A stretch of DNA of 63,969 nucleotides, the filler included, from Ministeria vibrans ATCC 50519 (Eukaryota; Protista; Filasterea), in assembly GCA_943704425.1 (NCBI GenBank). It is 6 parts of 6 records of this genome, joined end to end, with 100 filler letters (N's around TTAATTAATTAA, not from the genome) between each part and the next. Parts side by side here need not be neighbours in the genome. Positions count along the whole stretch, not along the records: positions 33,457 to 61,018 come from CALSCP010000978.1; positions 61,119 to 63,969 come from CALSCP010002705.1; 4 more parts are not named here. One strand, written 5' to 3'. Below are positions 51,674-63,969 of the stretch, piece after piece (position 1 is the stretch's first letter; every line of letters begins with the position of its first letter). The position numbers were made by a program, and so were the translations under genes. The notes below the pieces were generated by a model. That model did not search any database. It was not told the DNA's origin and saw nothing but the letters and a program-made list of their open reading frames with translations.

Positions 51674-54600
51674 ACAAAGACACACACACACACACACCAC
51701 AAAGACACACACACACACACCACAAAGACACACACACACCACAAAGACACACACACACACCACAAAGACACACACACACACACACAAATCAAACACACAC
51801 AAATCACAAAGTTTTCAATTACGTGGCGCAGTTTGAAAAGACAGAAGAGCTTAAAGGCAAGTTTGGAGCCAGACTTGCCGGTAACAGTGCCATCACGTCC
51901 GTATCGCTCCCACTTGCTCAACACATCCGCAACAATCGTACGGTCCTCAATGGCTCGTTCCGTCTCATCGTGAATGTCAAACAGACAGAATCCATTCTAA
52001 ACAAAAGTAAGATCTACAGCAACAGAAACCCCCCACAGCACCCTACCTTGCACCGCTCCATGCCAAGCTGCTGCTTGATCCGCCACACCACCTCACCGGC
52101 AGAGGTAAAGCTGTTCACGGCAACCTGCACGCACACACAAACACACACAAAAGGCTCAGCAAAAGTACAAGCATTACAACAACAATGGACATACTTTGAT
52201 GGAGCGACCGCCAAGGAAGAATACTTCGACAATCATGTCGCGACGCTCCTTGATGGCAAGAATCTCGGGAGTGCTCGCCGGCAGTTCACGAAGACGCGTC
52301 TTTGTGATGGCGTACAGACAAAACTGTGCAATCTTGGGAATCTCTCCGTCGCTGTAGAGTCGCAGTGCGCGCTAATCACAAATAAAATTAATACCACAAT
52401 AATAATTTATTTGGGAAAAAATGATACTTACCTTGAGATGGAAACGGAGGTGTCGGAGGTAACGACGCTCGGGAAGGAAAGAGCAACAGGCAACAGCAAG
52501 GATCTGCCAGTTGCGAATGTTCTCGTCGCTGTTGTGAAGCGGGTGATTCGCAGTTTGCTTCATCAGTTGGCAGTACACCTAAAAAAAAATTAAAAAAAAA
52601 GATGCGTCAAAAAATGCCAAGAATGTAAACATGTAATATAACGAATATTAGTGTAGTACCTCTGACTTGAGCTGTGGCAAATCATAGCACGACTGCAACA
52701 GATACTGTGTCAATGGCACCATTTCCTCCAAATGCTCAGGAGCCGTCAACAGCCTACACACACACACACACGCAATACAAAATACACAATTAATTATGAA
52801 CGAGTTTTCCACTTGACGCTTTTTTACCGTGAGATCTTGAGTGCCTCGAGATGCAACGTGGTGTACTCGCGCATAGAGAGGAAGCGTTCGTTGCGCAAGT
52901 CGCCGTAAGGCAGGGGCAGCAGCGACTTGTGCAGAGGCACAGCGCTGTACGTGAGCATGTCAAACGATTCGTAAACCTGAAATTGAAAAACATAAAAGGA
53001 AGCTAAGTCGTGTTCTTTTTCTTTGTTCAGACATGATACCTTGTCGACATCTTCCGACTTGACATTCTTCAGCTCCTTGTAGAGCTGTTGAGTCTGAGTG
53101 ACAATGGACGGTTGCATCTGAATAGCGTCGTCAACGGCCGTGGCCCAGCGCAGCGCGTCGTGCTTGCCCTTGGCCCAGAGACGGTAGGAGCGCTTGCGAG
53201 CGTGCACAATAAGCTCGACTTCCTCCTCGGTCTTCTCGCGCGTCGTGAGCGACGTACCGGACGCCTCGGCTTCGGCACGTGCCTGTTGATGCTGGAGAAT
53301 CTCCTCGTCGCTGACGTCGGGCACGACGACGGAACAGAGACGGTTGAGCGGGATGCAGCCGATGGCGAGATCACCATCGGGCTCCTTGAAGTAGTAGAGA
53401 GTGTCGTCGGTGAGGGTGAACCAACGCTTCTTGCGAGTGCGCACGCCACCGCCCTCCTTGACGAGCCAGCCCTTCTCAAGCACGTTGGTGCGGATGCGCC
53501 CACCCTCGGCCTTCTTGCGAGGCGACAGTGCCTTGACCCACTCCATAGTCTCGAGCGGTGAGTCGGCGGCCACAGTAAGGACACGCGAAGGGGTGACAAC
53601 AGTGAATGCGTTCTCACGACCCGCATTCGACGTTGCTGCGCCAATGTTGATCACGTCCTTGACCTCAATGCTGCCCTGAGGCTGTCGCTTGGCCGAGCCC
53701 GCCTTGCCCTGACGCAACTCCTCGTCGCTGCAGCGGCGCGACCAGTCAAAGGCGGAGAGCCACTCCTTGGCCTCGCCGGCCGTGTCCGCCGACATGTAGT
53801 AGGTGCGATCGGGGGTGACAAGGCCGATGGTGTGACGACGCTTCGACTTGTTGTCGGCCTTCTCGGGCGGCTCAATGTCGCTGCAGAGCATGCGAACGCT
53901 GACCGTGCCAAGGGGCTCTTCGTCATCGTCGTCGCTGCGGTAGTAGCGCAAGTTGCCGTTATCGAGGATGCAGAAGCGACGCTTCCACGACTTGAAGCCG
54001 CCGCCCTGCTTGGTGAGGAAACCGCTCATGGTGTGCGACTCGCGACCCGAGTACCACGAGAGCACGCCGCGCTCGAGTTCGAACCATCGTCGCTTCCAGG
54101 GCTGACCACGCAACGTGCCGTACTTGCCGCGGTTGTTGCCCGTGTCTTGCCTCATGAGGTAGCCCTCCTTGTGAACACCCTGCTCGTCGGAGAGCCACTC
54201 GGCCTTGCGACGGCGGCCGCCGCCTTCCTCCTCGTCGTCCGAGTCGTCGCCCGTCATTTCTGACTGGTCCTGGCCGGCATCCGTACCCGCCGTAATGTTG
54301 AGCTTAGCGGCGACGCGCTTGCGGTCCTCCTCTGCCTTGGCCAACTGCGCCTTCTTGGCCGCCTCGGCCTCCTCGTTGGCCTTCGCCTTGGCTGCTGCCG
54401 CGGCAGCCTCTGCCTCCTGACGACGCTTTGACTCAATGCCACGTTCAATTTCGTCGGCACGACGAACCGCCTGCGCGCGCTCTTGCTGTGTCTTCTTTTC
54501 CTCCGCAACCTTCTTTTCGGCTTCCTCGCGTTCGCGACGCTGAAGCTCCTGCAACTCGCGCATCTTGTTCTCCTGTCGCATCTTCTCCATCTCCTCTTGA

Positions 54601-56379
54601 CGACGCTTCTCCTCTTGACGACGCTTCTCCTCGCGTGCGCGCAGCTCGGCACGGTACTGTTCGAGCATGATGGCAAACTTTTTGCGTGCCGAGTAGCCGC
54701 GGAAGCGCTTCTGGATGATGATGGCGCTGAGGCGCATTTTGAGGTAGCGACGACGCAGCATGCGGCGACGCCAGTCGGCTTGCATGCGACGAGCCGCCCA
54801 TCGCATCTTAAGGAAGCGTCGACGAAGCGCATAGCCCCACACGTAGTGCGCGATGATCTTGGAAGCATCCTTGAGACGCTCAGCACGCGCGCGTTCAAGG
54901 TAGATTTCAAGCGCCTCGCGCAGAAACACCTTGCTGTGTCCAATCTGCCAGTCGTTGGAGGCACCCTGGTCGCAGCGCGAGAGGAGCACGCGACAGTTGT
55001 CGGGTGTTGGGTTGGCGCCGCCTTCGCCGCGTGCGAGAATGCGGTAGCGACCCATAAAGTCCTTGAACGAGTAGCGAACGGGGTAGCCGGCGCGACGAAT
55101 GCGCACCGTTTCAAGCATACCACTGTAGCGCAGCTGGTTCTCAACAATCTGGTCGGTGAACGCGTCCGCCTTCTTCGAGTGGTTGGGCTTGATGCAACGC
55201 ACAAAGTAGGGTGACGCCGAGTTAAGCTGGTCCATCAGTTGCTTGAGCGACATCTTGAAGTGCCCCGCAATCGTTGCCTTCTTCTTGCCCTGCTGGCGGC
55301 CGCCGCCCTTCTTGTTCGAGTTGCCCTGCTCCTGACCGTCGTTTTCGTACAGATCAAACATGAAATCGCTATCGCTCTCCTGGAGCATCGTCAGCAGATC
55401 CTCGCGGAAGTTGTCCCTACAAGAAAAAAAAACAAGGAGAGAAAAAGAAAAACGCAAAAAAAAAAGAAAAGAAAAAAGTGAGCGACAGGGAACAGCTGAC
55501 GACAGTGCATCGTGTTACCTGTTCTTCTCGAGGAACCCAATGGTGCTGTAGATGACCTCGCCGGCGTAGTGACGCACGCCGTAGGCATCGCGGATGAGCT
55601 TGGGCACGACGTAGAAGGCGTGTGCCTTGACCTGTTGGTTGAGCTTCTCGAGGAAGGACTGGTCAGTTCCCTTGGGGAAATGTGACTCTTCGTCGAGCAT
55701 CGACAGGATTCCCAGCGGCTGTTCCACAAGCAACAGTGTGTCTGTGTTGTCAACCCACTCGATCTACAAAGCAAAACGAGTGTGAGCAATTATTTGAAAC
55801 CGATTGTGTTTTTGTTCTCGCTGCAATGTACCGACGACCAATCGATTCCTTCCTTGGTGTACTCTTCCTGCTCAATGGAGAAAATGTGCTGGTTAAAGTA
55901 CGACTGGAGCTTTTCGTTGGCGTAGTTGATGCAAAACTGCTCAAAGTGGTTCTCTTCGAAGTTTTCAAAGCCGAAAATGTCGAGAATTCCGATGGAGAGC
56001 CAAGATTCGCCTGCAAACGAGCGAAAATATAAAATTAAAAATAGGCAAGACAAAGAGAATAGGAAGTACCGTGAACAATGGCACGGTTGATCATCTCAAT
56101 GAGCCAGCTAAAGAGGTGCTTGTAGATGGACATGGCAAGAGAGTCGCGCGATTCAGCCGCCTAAAAATCAATTGCAATCAAATAAAAGAGAGAAAAAAAG
56201 GTCGCAGATTATTATTAAATTTGTCTTTGTTTTGAATAATGTCTGGTTTTGAGCTCTCGATTCTCTATTATTTTATTTTCTTATTATTATTATTATTATT
56301 ATTATTATTTTCTTATTATTATTATTATTAATTATTATTATTATTATTGTTATTATTATTATTATTATTATGTTACGTA

Positions 56380-56411
<32 letters not shown>

Positions 56412-56419
56412 GTTACGTA

Positions 56420-56472
<53 letters not shown>

Positions 56473-59016
56473 CATTATTATTATTATTATTGCTATTATT
56501 GCGCACCAGCGGGCTTTAACGCATACCTGTTCGCATGAGAGTGGGGTGGTGATGGTCTCGCCGCGCATCTTGAGAGTACGGTTGGTGGTGAGCTCGGACA
56601 GTTGAAATGAATCGACGCCAAACAGCTCAGCGGCCTTTTCGAGGTTTTTCTGCACAAAGAGACCAAAAAGATGTTAAGAGTCTCTGTAAAAAAAAATTGA
56701 TTTTTACCTGTCCTTGTGAGATTTGGGCACCACCAGCCGAGTCAAACTCAATGTTGCCAAGGTGGAGAATGCCGGCAATAAGACGGAAGCAGTCGTTGAC
56801 CTGCTCGGGCGTGAATCCCATCGTGACCATTGAGTTTTTCACCTCAGTGTGACTAAAAAGAGAGGGTGTGAGGCAACATAACTATCATTTTGTTTTCTTG
56901 TCGGTTCTATACCTGGCTTGATCGTTGAGCGTGGGGTCCTTCTCGGCGTTTCCCTGACGCGAGTAGTAGTAGTCGCGAGGCGACTGCAGTGCGTACTGCT
57001 GGCGCTCCTGAGGACTCGCACCCACCGTCAGGTTGTAGAACACATGAAAGTTGCGCTACACATTCGTAGAGTGTGTGTGAGACTTTTTGTTTTTCTCGGT
57101 GCCCTCCTTTTAATGAGAGAAAAATGCTGTACCTCCCCGGGGTTCTGGCGGACGACACGGTTCTTCTCGAGGAGATAGTCGATGACACGGGCGCCTTCGA
57201 TGTTTCCACCGTCGGCAAACTGCACTTTGATGTACTTGCCGAAACGCGACGAGTTGTTATTGTAGATGGTCTTGGCATTGCCAAACGCCTCCATAATGGG
57301 ATTGGACTCCATCAGCTGGCGCTCCGTCAACGATTCTCGCTGCGACATGGTCGACAAGTACCTAAGGTGCACGAAAGACAGTTAACAATAAAAAGAAGAA
57401 ATGAAAGCAACGGGAAAATGAAAAATGGTTTGTGTGGAACTTACTTGAGGATGAACTTTGTGCTCTCTGTCTTTCCTGCACCAGACTCGCCTGAAATGAG
57501 GACGCACTGGTTGCGGTTCATCTTCCAGAGGGCGTAGTAGGCCTCGTTGGCAATGGCGTAGATGTGGGGCGGGAGGTCACCCAACAGCTTGCGATTGTAC
57601 ATCTTGAGTCGCTCCGGAGTGTACATGTTGATCTTCTTGTATGGATTCACAGCGCACAGAATGGACCCAATGTACGTGTAAATGTCATCCTACAAAAGCA
57701 AAAAAAGTTGAGACGGGACGACGCACTAACGTGTTGAAGCAATCGTACGCGAGCGTAACGGAGTTTGATGTTGTAGAGAATGGAAGCAGTGTGAAGATCG
57801 CTGAGTCCCGACATATCCTCGACCGTGTCGATGGAAGTGCGGTGCATCAGAGCGACGTTCTCGCGCGTCAGTCCTGCCTCGGCGATTTTCACGTCCTATA
57901 TGATAAAGAGACAGAATGATAGAGATATGATGAGCGTGAAAGCAAACAATTCCGTTCAAAGAAAGTCCGGCAAGTTGTGTAGATGTAGATTTCAGCGGAA
58001 TAGGAGGAGGGTACGGCGTGGTCAAGACGTTGGCTGATGGTTTGCGAAGTCCAAAAAAAAAAAAGGAGGTGATAAATGCTTATTGGCTTTGCTCAACAGA
58101 GTGACAGGGCATGAAGCGGCTGTCAGACGACGCTGTCGTCAGGCTGGAGTCGCGGATCAGCATAAATGTGGACGACAGAGGGGTGGGTGCAGGATGAAAA
58201 GAGCTTGCGGGAGCGAGGACGGGCGTGTTCAAAAGAAGCCAAAGCGATGCCCAAAAAAGATGATTTTGACCAAAAAAAAAACCTGAGGTGTCCGCGGCAA
58301 GAGTATCGATGGTGTGTGGAAAGAAGAGCGGGTTCAAAGAGGGAGGAGAAGGCGAGGGGCGGCGGGAGGGGCGAGGGGGAGCGAGGATCTTTTCTTACAG
58401 TGCCATCATCGGCCTTGAAGGTGACGCTGCCGCCTCCGCCGCCAACGACGGTCGCCGGGAGCAGTTTGTCCTTGCTCTTGACCCAGACACGAGCACCCTA
58501 CCACAGATCTGAAGTTAGTTTGCGTGCAGAGTGTAGATTTAGGTGAGAACAACGAGAGCGACATGAAAAAAAAAAGAGGGCGTAAAAGGAGGCAAGACGG
58601 TAATAAAGAGGCGCTGTGGGGCGCGCACGACAGTCGGCAGTGGTGGAATGGACGCAGGGCGGCGCACGGGGCGCCCCCGGCGTGAGACAAGCGCGCTGGC
58701 GGAACCGCATCGGCTGCACAGCCTTGCAGGAGCCCAGAGATCACCCGGGCCCGACCCCACTTCTTCTTTAGCGTCGCCAGACGTTGCCCCATAGTGCTGA
58801 TCCCTAATTCTCCCTTCTTTTTTTTCCTTTTTTTTCGTTCATCGTTTTTCTTTTTTTTTTTNNNNNNNNNNCCCCCTTTATCACTTTATCACTTTTCGTT
58901 TGTTGTGAGAGTGAAAGTGAGCGCGAGAGGGAGAGCGCGAAGGATGCGGCGGTGGGCAGTTGTGTGGCGCGGCATGGGGTTGGTTATGGGGGCCTGACCT
59001 TGTGCAAGGCGGACAT
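50313..59016 (-). CDS. MYO10: Myosin-X-like unconventional myosin (motor-IQ-SAH-PH-MyTH4-FERM)
   Basis: [36 protein letters not shown] motifs, E/R/K-rich helix, split PH plus further PH domains, YCQLMKQT (MyTH4), FERM. Confidence 0.92.
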
Positions 59017-59327
59017 TGGAAGGGGCTAAGGGCAGCAAAAAGTGTTTCTGATTTTAGTGATTTACGTCAAGTCAGATGAATTTTGGTTCTCCTAATGGAT
59101 TATTTTTTTCTTGGGCTTTTTTCGCGACATTCTCGTCTAGAAGTCTACGGCGGAAGTATTGAGCTACTCTTTGATTTGTATATCGTCTTGCTTTGACATT
59201 CAGTACAGCATTCTCTATTTCTCTTATTTTCTTGCTTATTAATTTTTTCTTTTTGATCCTTATGGGGATAGTAACGATTTGTAGTGTAAAGGAATAATGT
59301 ATTGACGTTCAAATAATAAGGGTGATC

Positions 59328-60789
59328 TCAAAGGAAATAGGGTGTGGTGGTCTTGCCGGTGACGGGAATTTCCTGTGAACGAGTGGAGAAGAGAGAGTGA
59401 GACACCGACATAAACACACAAGGATGATGAGTCTTACGCGCTCTTCGTCGGGAACGGCATTGAAGATTTTGAAGGTGCGTTCGAGGGTGCCTTCGGAAAG
59501 TTGGAGAATGGAGGCGACGTTGCCACATCGGTAACAATAGTTGGGAGCAGACCAGACAGTGACGAGGGACTCCTAAGTGTGTGAAACAAGTGAGTGGCGG
59601 TGCACAAGGAGAAGAGAGTATAGAGTTTGAATTGGTTACGTCGTGGAAGGAGTACTTGAAGCCCTCCTGGACAAGCTGGTGGGCACGGCAGATGAGCTCG
59701 AGAGAGTTGAGGTGGAGGAACTCCTTGGAGACCTTTGAGCCGAAAAGCCACCCGGCGCCGCGCGGAGACACAGACCACGTCTCAATGTCCTCGGGATCCG
59801 ACCACATCAAGTCGCAAAACCCACCTTCGTGCGGGATTTCCTATATTCATGCAAGAAGCAAGTAAGAGTGATATTTCGACGTTTGATACTGCAATGCAGA
59901 GAGTATAGTTGGTCGAAAGTAGACACGCACTGTACCTGACAGCGCTCAATGGTGCGCACTTGGTCGATGGTGCGCACATCGGGCGAGAGACCTCCGTGCA
60001 CACACAGCACTCGGCCATCCACAACCTATACGCCAGCAAAAGAACCAGCAATGAGTTTTCTGGTTCCGTTGATTGTTGTGTTACGTACCGCTGCGATCGT
60101 AAGGTAGTCGAACACTTTCGTGCAGTGCTTCCACGCATTGGCATTGCCGTACTTGTTCATGCACTCGTCTAAAACATAACCCAGGTCAGCCACACTCGTG
60201 TTGTTTCCTCCTCCTCCTCCTCTCTGCTCTTGGCGTACCGTAAAACCCGTACACTTGCGTGATCTGACGGCTCTCGTGATTACCACGCAACAACACTACT
60301 TTGTCGGGGTAGCGCGCCTTGAGCACTAGCAATCGTGTGAATGTCTCCAGACTGTAGTAGCCACGGTCGACAAAATCTCCCTAAACATGAAAGGACGCAA
60401 ATGAGTCCAACATGCCTCGTCGGGTGCGCCTCGGTACCATGAAGATGTAGCTTGTGTTGGGCACTTCGCCGCCAGTGCGAAAGAGCTCCTGAAGGTCGTA
60501 GAACTGTCCGTGGATGTCGCCGCAGATCGTCACTGGGCTAGACACAGGTTGCACATTGCTCTCTTCGACTAAGCGACGCCAGTCACGAATCAAAAAAAAA
60601 AAAAAATGCGTGTGAGGAGAGAGAGAGAGAACGAATGAAATGAAAACTGAAAAACATCCATCACACAGTTCAGCTGCACACACGCAGACTGGCCGTGGGG
60701 AGTCATGATCTGTGCTTACCGAGAATGTCGACCACTAATTCGCAAAGCTTCTTCAGGTCTGGCTCTGGTAAGTACTTACATTTTGACGT
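59328..60789 (-). CDS. PPP6C: Ser/Thr protein phosphatase 6 catalytic subunit (first exon not identified)
   Basis: [57 protein letters not shown]-terminal TPYFL. Confidence 0.93.
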
Positions 60790-61118
60790 CTGCGAAAATG
60801 TAAGTACGAAAAAAAAAAAAAAAAAAAAAAAAAGGAGAAAGGAAAGAGAAGAGGAAAAAGAGTTGCGTGAGTTTCCATGGGAGCAGGTACATTGTGCAGC
60901 AAGTAGACGTCGTCTGGGCGTGGAACGACATCGGCATTGAGCGGTGTGGGTTGAATGCGCCGATGAAACCCAAACCGAAGCGAGAAGGAGGCGATGCGAA
61001 GGGGCTGGGGGGGGCGGGNNNNNNNNNNNNNNNNNNNNNNNNNNNNNNNNNNNNNNNNNNNNTTAATTAATTAANNNNNNNNNNNNNNNNNNNNNNNNNN
61101 NNNNNNNNNNNNNNNNNN

Positions 61119-61220
<102 letters not shown>

Positions 61221-61249
61221 CTCTCTCTCTCTCTTTCGAACCGTTGTAG

Positions 61250-61951
61250 GTCCGACATGGTGTGCAAACAATGGTCTTTGGCAGCAAATGGTTCTTGCAG
61301 TGTTTTCTCAACCGTCTTCCTTTTGGTGTTCTTTTGCGCGTGTGGGATGTGTTTGTGTACAGTGGCTACCGAACCATACACGCTACCGCCCTCTCCGTCA
61401 TTGCTCTTTTCCGAGGTACCATAATTATAGTTATAATATTAAGATTATTATTCCACTCAAAAGTGACTTTTTAATGACACCCCGCCCCGCTCCTCTTCTT
61501 TCTTGTCCACACACTCTGTCACTTCCTTGCTTACTCTTTTTTTTTTCTCTCTCTCTCTATCACTTTGTTTCTTTCTCTGTTTCTCTCTCTCTCTATCACT
61601 TTGTTTCTCTCTCTCTCTATCACGTTGTTTCTTTCTCTGTTTCTCTCTCTCTCTATCACTTTGTTTCTCTCTCTCTCTCTATCACTTTGTTTCTCTCTCT
61701 CTCTCTCTATCACGTTGTTTCTTTCTCTGTTTCTCTCTCTCTCTCTCTCTGTCACTTTGTTTCTCTCACTTCCAGACCAGCTGCTCTCGTCCGACTTTGA
61801 AGGCATCACCCTGTACCTCCAACATCTTGACACCGCCCCTATACCCGAAGAGCCCTTCATGCTTCGTCTCCATGCAACCATGCGTGCCCTGCCCCAGTCA
61901 CTTCTTGATGCCACTTATGCCCGTCTTGCCACTGCTCCTCATACGCCCTAG
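61250..61951 (+). CDS. TBC-domain Rab-GAP, C-terminal exons
   Basis: FGSKWFLQCFLNRLPFGVLLRVWDVFVYSG..ALSVI..DQLLSSDFE. Confidence 0.82.
61555..61770 (+). repeat. Intronic CT-rich minisatellite with TATCAC(T/G)TTG cores
   Basis: Directly visible in the TBC gene intron. Confidence 0.8.
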
Positions 61952-62251
61952 CCACGCATTCCTCTCTCAATGTACAGTAGCATAACTTATTCGCTTTCAC
62001 ACACTTTAATGTTGAATGTTTGTTTCGAAGCGACTCCGAACCCCGTCGCAAGAAACGGCACAAAACACTTTGTACACCAGTAACACCACAACCAGCAAAG
62101 ATGCAACACCGCTGAATAAGCATAGAGTTGAAATTTTCAATATCGTATCAAATTAATAAGAGAAAATAAATAGAAAATAATAATAATTATTGATCTTTCT
62201 CTTTTCGTTTTTTTAAACATCAAAAAAAATTAAGATAATTCTGTCTTTTCA

Positions 62252-63164
62252 ATGTCCTCCTTTGAAGATCAACTCCAAGCAACGCTTGACGCTCAAGTAC
62301 AACCGACGAACAACCTGCAATCTTTTTTTTCCGTCTTGTCAAAACTAAAACTAACTACTGTAGAACATCGTCCCTGGAAGCGGGGCAGGCTCAGCGGCCG
62401 CAACCACCGTTGACGCTAGCCAGTACGTGAACAGGGAGGAGATCGAAGTCATGTGGGCCATCAAGGTAATGCAATAGTACCACATTACACAAGAATTGCT
62501 CTCATCCGCGTGCAAGGACAAGCCGTCACGCCAGCCCCCCGCTGGACTGCCCAGAGGGTTTGCCACCAACTACTGTTGACTCCACCACCGTCTTTTTGCA
62601 GGCCTACAAACATGCCGAGACGTATTTCGGACTTCTTAGAGCCATGAGACCCGCTTCCATCAAACTGACCAAGTACGCCGCATTCTGGGCCATTGCGCGC
62701 CCCACTCCCCACCCCACACCACGCCACACCACTCCCTCGCCCGCACGTCCCAACAGCATTCGCCAGCTTCGTCTCATTCGCAATCCTTTCGCAGAATCGA
62801 CCAAGACCTTGTGGATGCCTTTCAGACGGAGTTCCCGGACTTTCCCCTCTCCTGTGTCACCGACGATCTCCTGAAGAGCCCCGCAGCGAAAGAGAAGTGG
62901 CGCAAGTTCATCGAACGCTACGAAAACATCGTCAAAGACTTCAACTTTGGCACTCTTCTGCGTGTCAATCCCGCCGAAGACTACTCCGAGCAAAACTCCA
63001 TTTTCGGTACACATAGGAAAACGAAGAAAAACACACACGCACACAAGCGAGAGAGCTGACCGATTGTCTTGTTTGTATTAGTCACTCGAGTGCAGTTTTA
63101 CGCCATTGAAATCGCAAGAAATCAACAGGGCCTCAATGACTCTCACTACAACGCACAAAATTGA
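62252..63164 (+). CDS. PBDC1: PBDC1 (polysaccharide biosynthesis domain-containing) protein
   Basis: IEVMWAIKA, LTKID, LKSPAAKEKWRKF, DFNFGTLLR, RVQFYAIEIARN. Confidence 0.92.
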
Positions 63165-63336
63165 AAATGACGCAACAAAACCTCATAAAGTGCTTCAAAT
63201 GATACCCAGTTTCATTTCAAAATCAGTCGCATTGTGTACTCATACAACAAAAACACATAAACCCTTATTATCTCTCGCCATTTTTCACGTTCAATCGTCT
63301 AAGGGAAAAACAGAGAATGAATTTGTATGACACAGT

Positions 63337-63829
63337 TTAATGGATAAACGAACCTCTGTTGGCCAACCGTTTGCGGTACTTCTGAACCATGTTCTCAAAC
63401 TCATCCTCTTGATTGTCCTAGATCATAATAATATAATCAATTCACTCTCTGCTATTTGGTTTTGTTTTGTTTTTTTACCTCTCTTGAGCGTTTCTTTGGA
63501 CGATCGGAACGCACCGTCTTCGCAAAGACATTCATTGCTTTCGGAATGAGACTCTGCTTCTTTCCCTTTCCCTTTCCCTTTCCATTCGCGTCCACACTCG
63601 GCGCCGATTGGGTGTTTGGCTTCGCGCGCTTTTTCTCGTCTGAACCCGTCGCGTCACTCTCATTGCGCTTTCGTTTCTTCTCCTTCTTTGTTCCCTCTTG
63701 TCCCTTTTCTTCTCCTTCTTCTTCGTTTTGCTCTTCCTTCTTCTGGCCCTTTTGCGCTCCAGTGCCCTTTGCGGTTCTGCCCTCGATCCTCCGCTTGCGC
63801 AGTTCCTGTTTGTGCAGTGCGCGATGATC
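63337..63829 (-). CDS. RBM28: RBM28/Nop4-like nucleolar protein, C-terminal exons
   Basis: DHRALHKQELR, Lys-rich region, FENMVQKYRKRL; the RRMs would lie outside the window. Confidence 0.55.
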
Positions 63830-63969
63830 CTACAATACAATACAACACAAATATCAGTCACAGAACCACACATACAGACACACACACACAGCACAGACAC
63901 ACAGTGAGGCACAAATAGTAGTCTCAGAACCACACATACAGACACACATACACACACACACACACACAC

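Overview
Gene-dense, intron-rich eukaryotic DNA, probably from a flagellated unicellular holozoan (choanoflagellate- or filasterean-like). This is inferred from the joint presence of myosin-X, Spindly, a CREB-like bZIP, INPP1, ODAD2 and LRRC71, short canonical GT-AG introns, and intergenic gaps often only 50-250 bp. The window is a scaffold of six segments joined by artificial N-TTAATTAATTAA-N spacers, so several genes are truncated. By manual splicing I reconstructed about 28 protein-coding genes or fragments: STX6-like, ODAD2, a PLP aminotransferase, LRRC71, RAB5 exon 1, LSM7, OSGEP, COPB2, BMS1, INPP1, a GH28 hydrolase, ZDHHC12, TARS1, a CREB-like bZIP, an AGC-kinase tail, an EGF protein, MRPL44, HINT3, PEX19, a TLC protein, EIF1AD, a multi-MIU/RGG protein, SPDL1, an NHL-EGF receptor, MYO10, PPP6C, a TBC Rab-GAP, PBDC1 and RBM28. 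I could not support any tRNA, rRNA, transposon or CRISPR array, and no single clear-cut novel system is demonstrated. The best leads are: (1) GATC/TGAT/TCGA-dense palindromic islands at bidirectional promoters; (2) a sense-strand intronic TATCACTTTG motif shared by unrelated genes; (3) an orphan NHL-EGF type-I receptor with a tyrosine-motif, proline-rich, PDZ-ligand tail; (4) a complete Spindly; (5) a GH28 enzyme with altered catalytic motifs; (6) an EGF domain juxtaposed to an AGC kinase tail.
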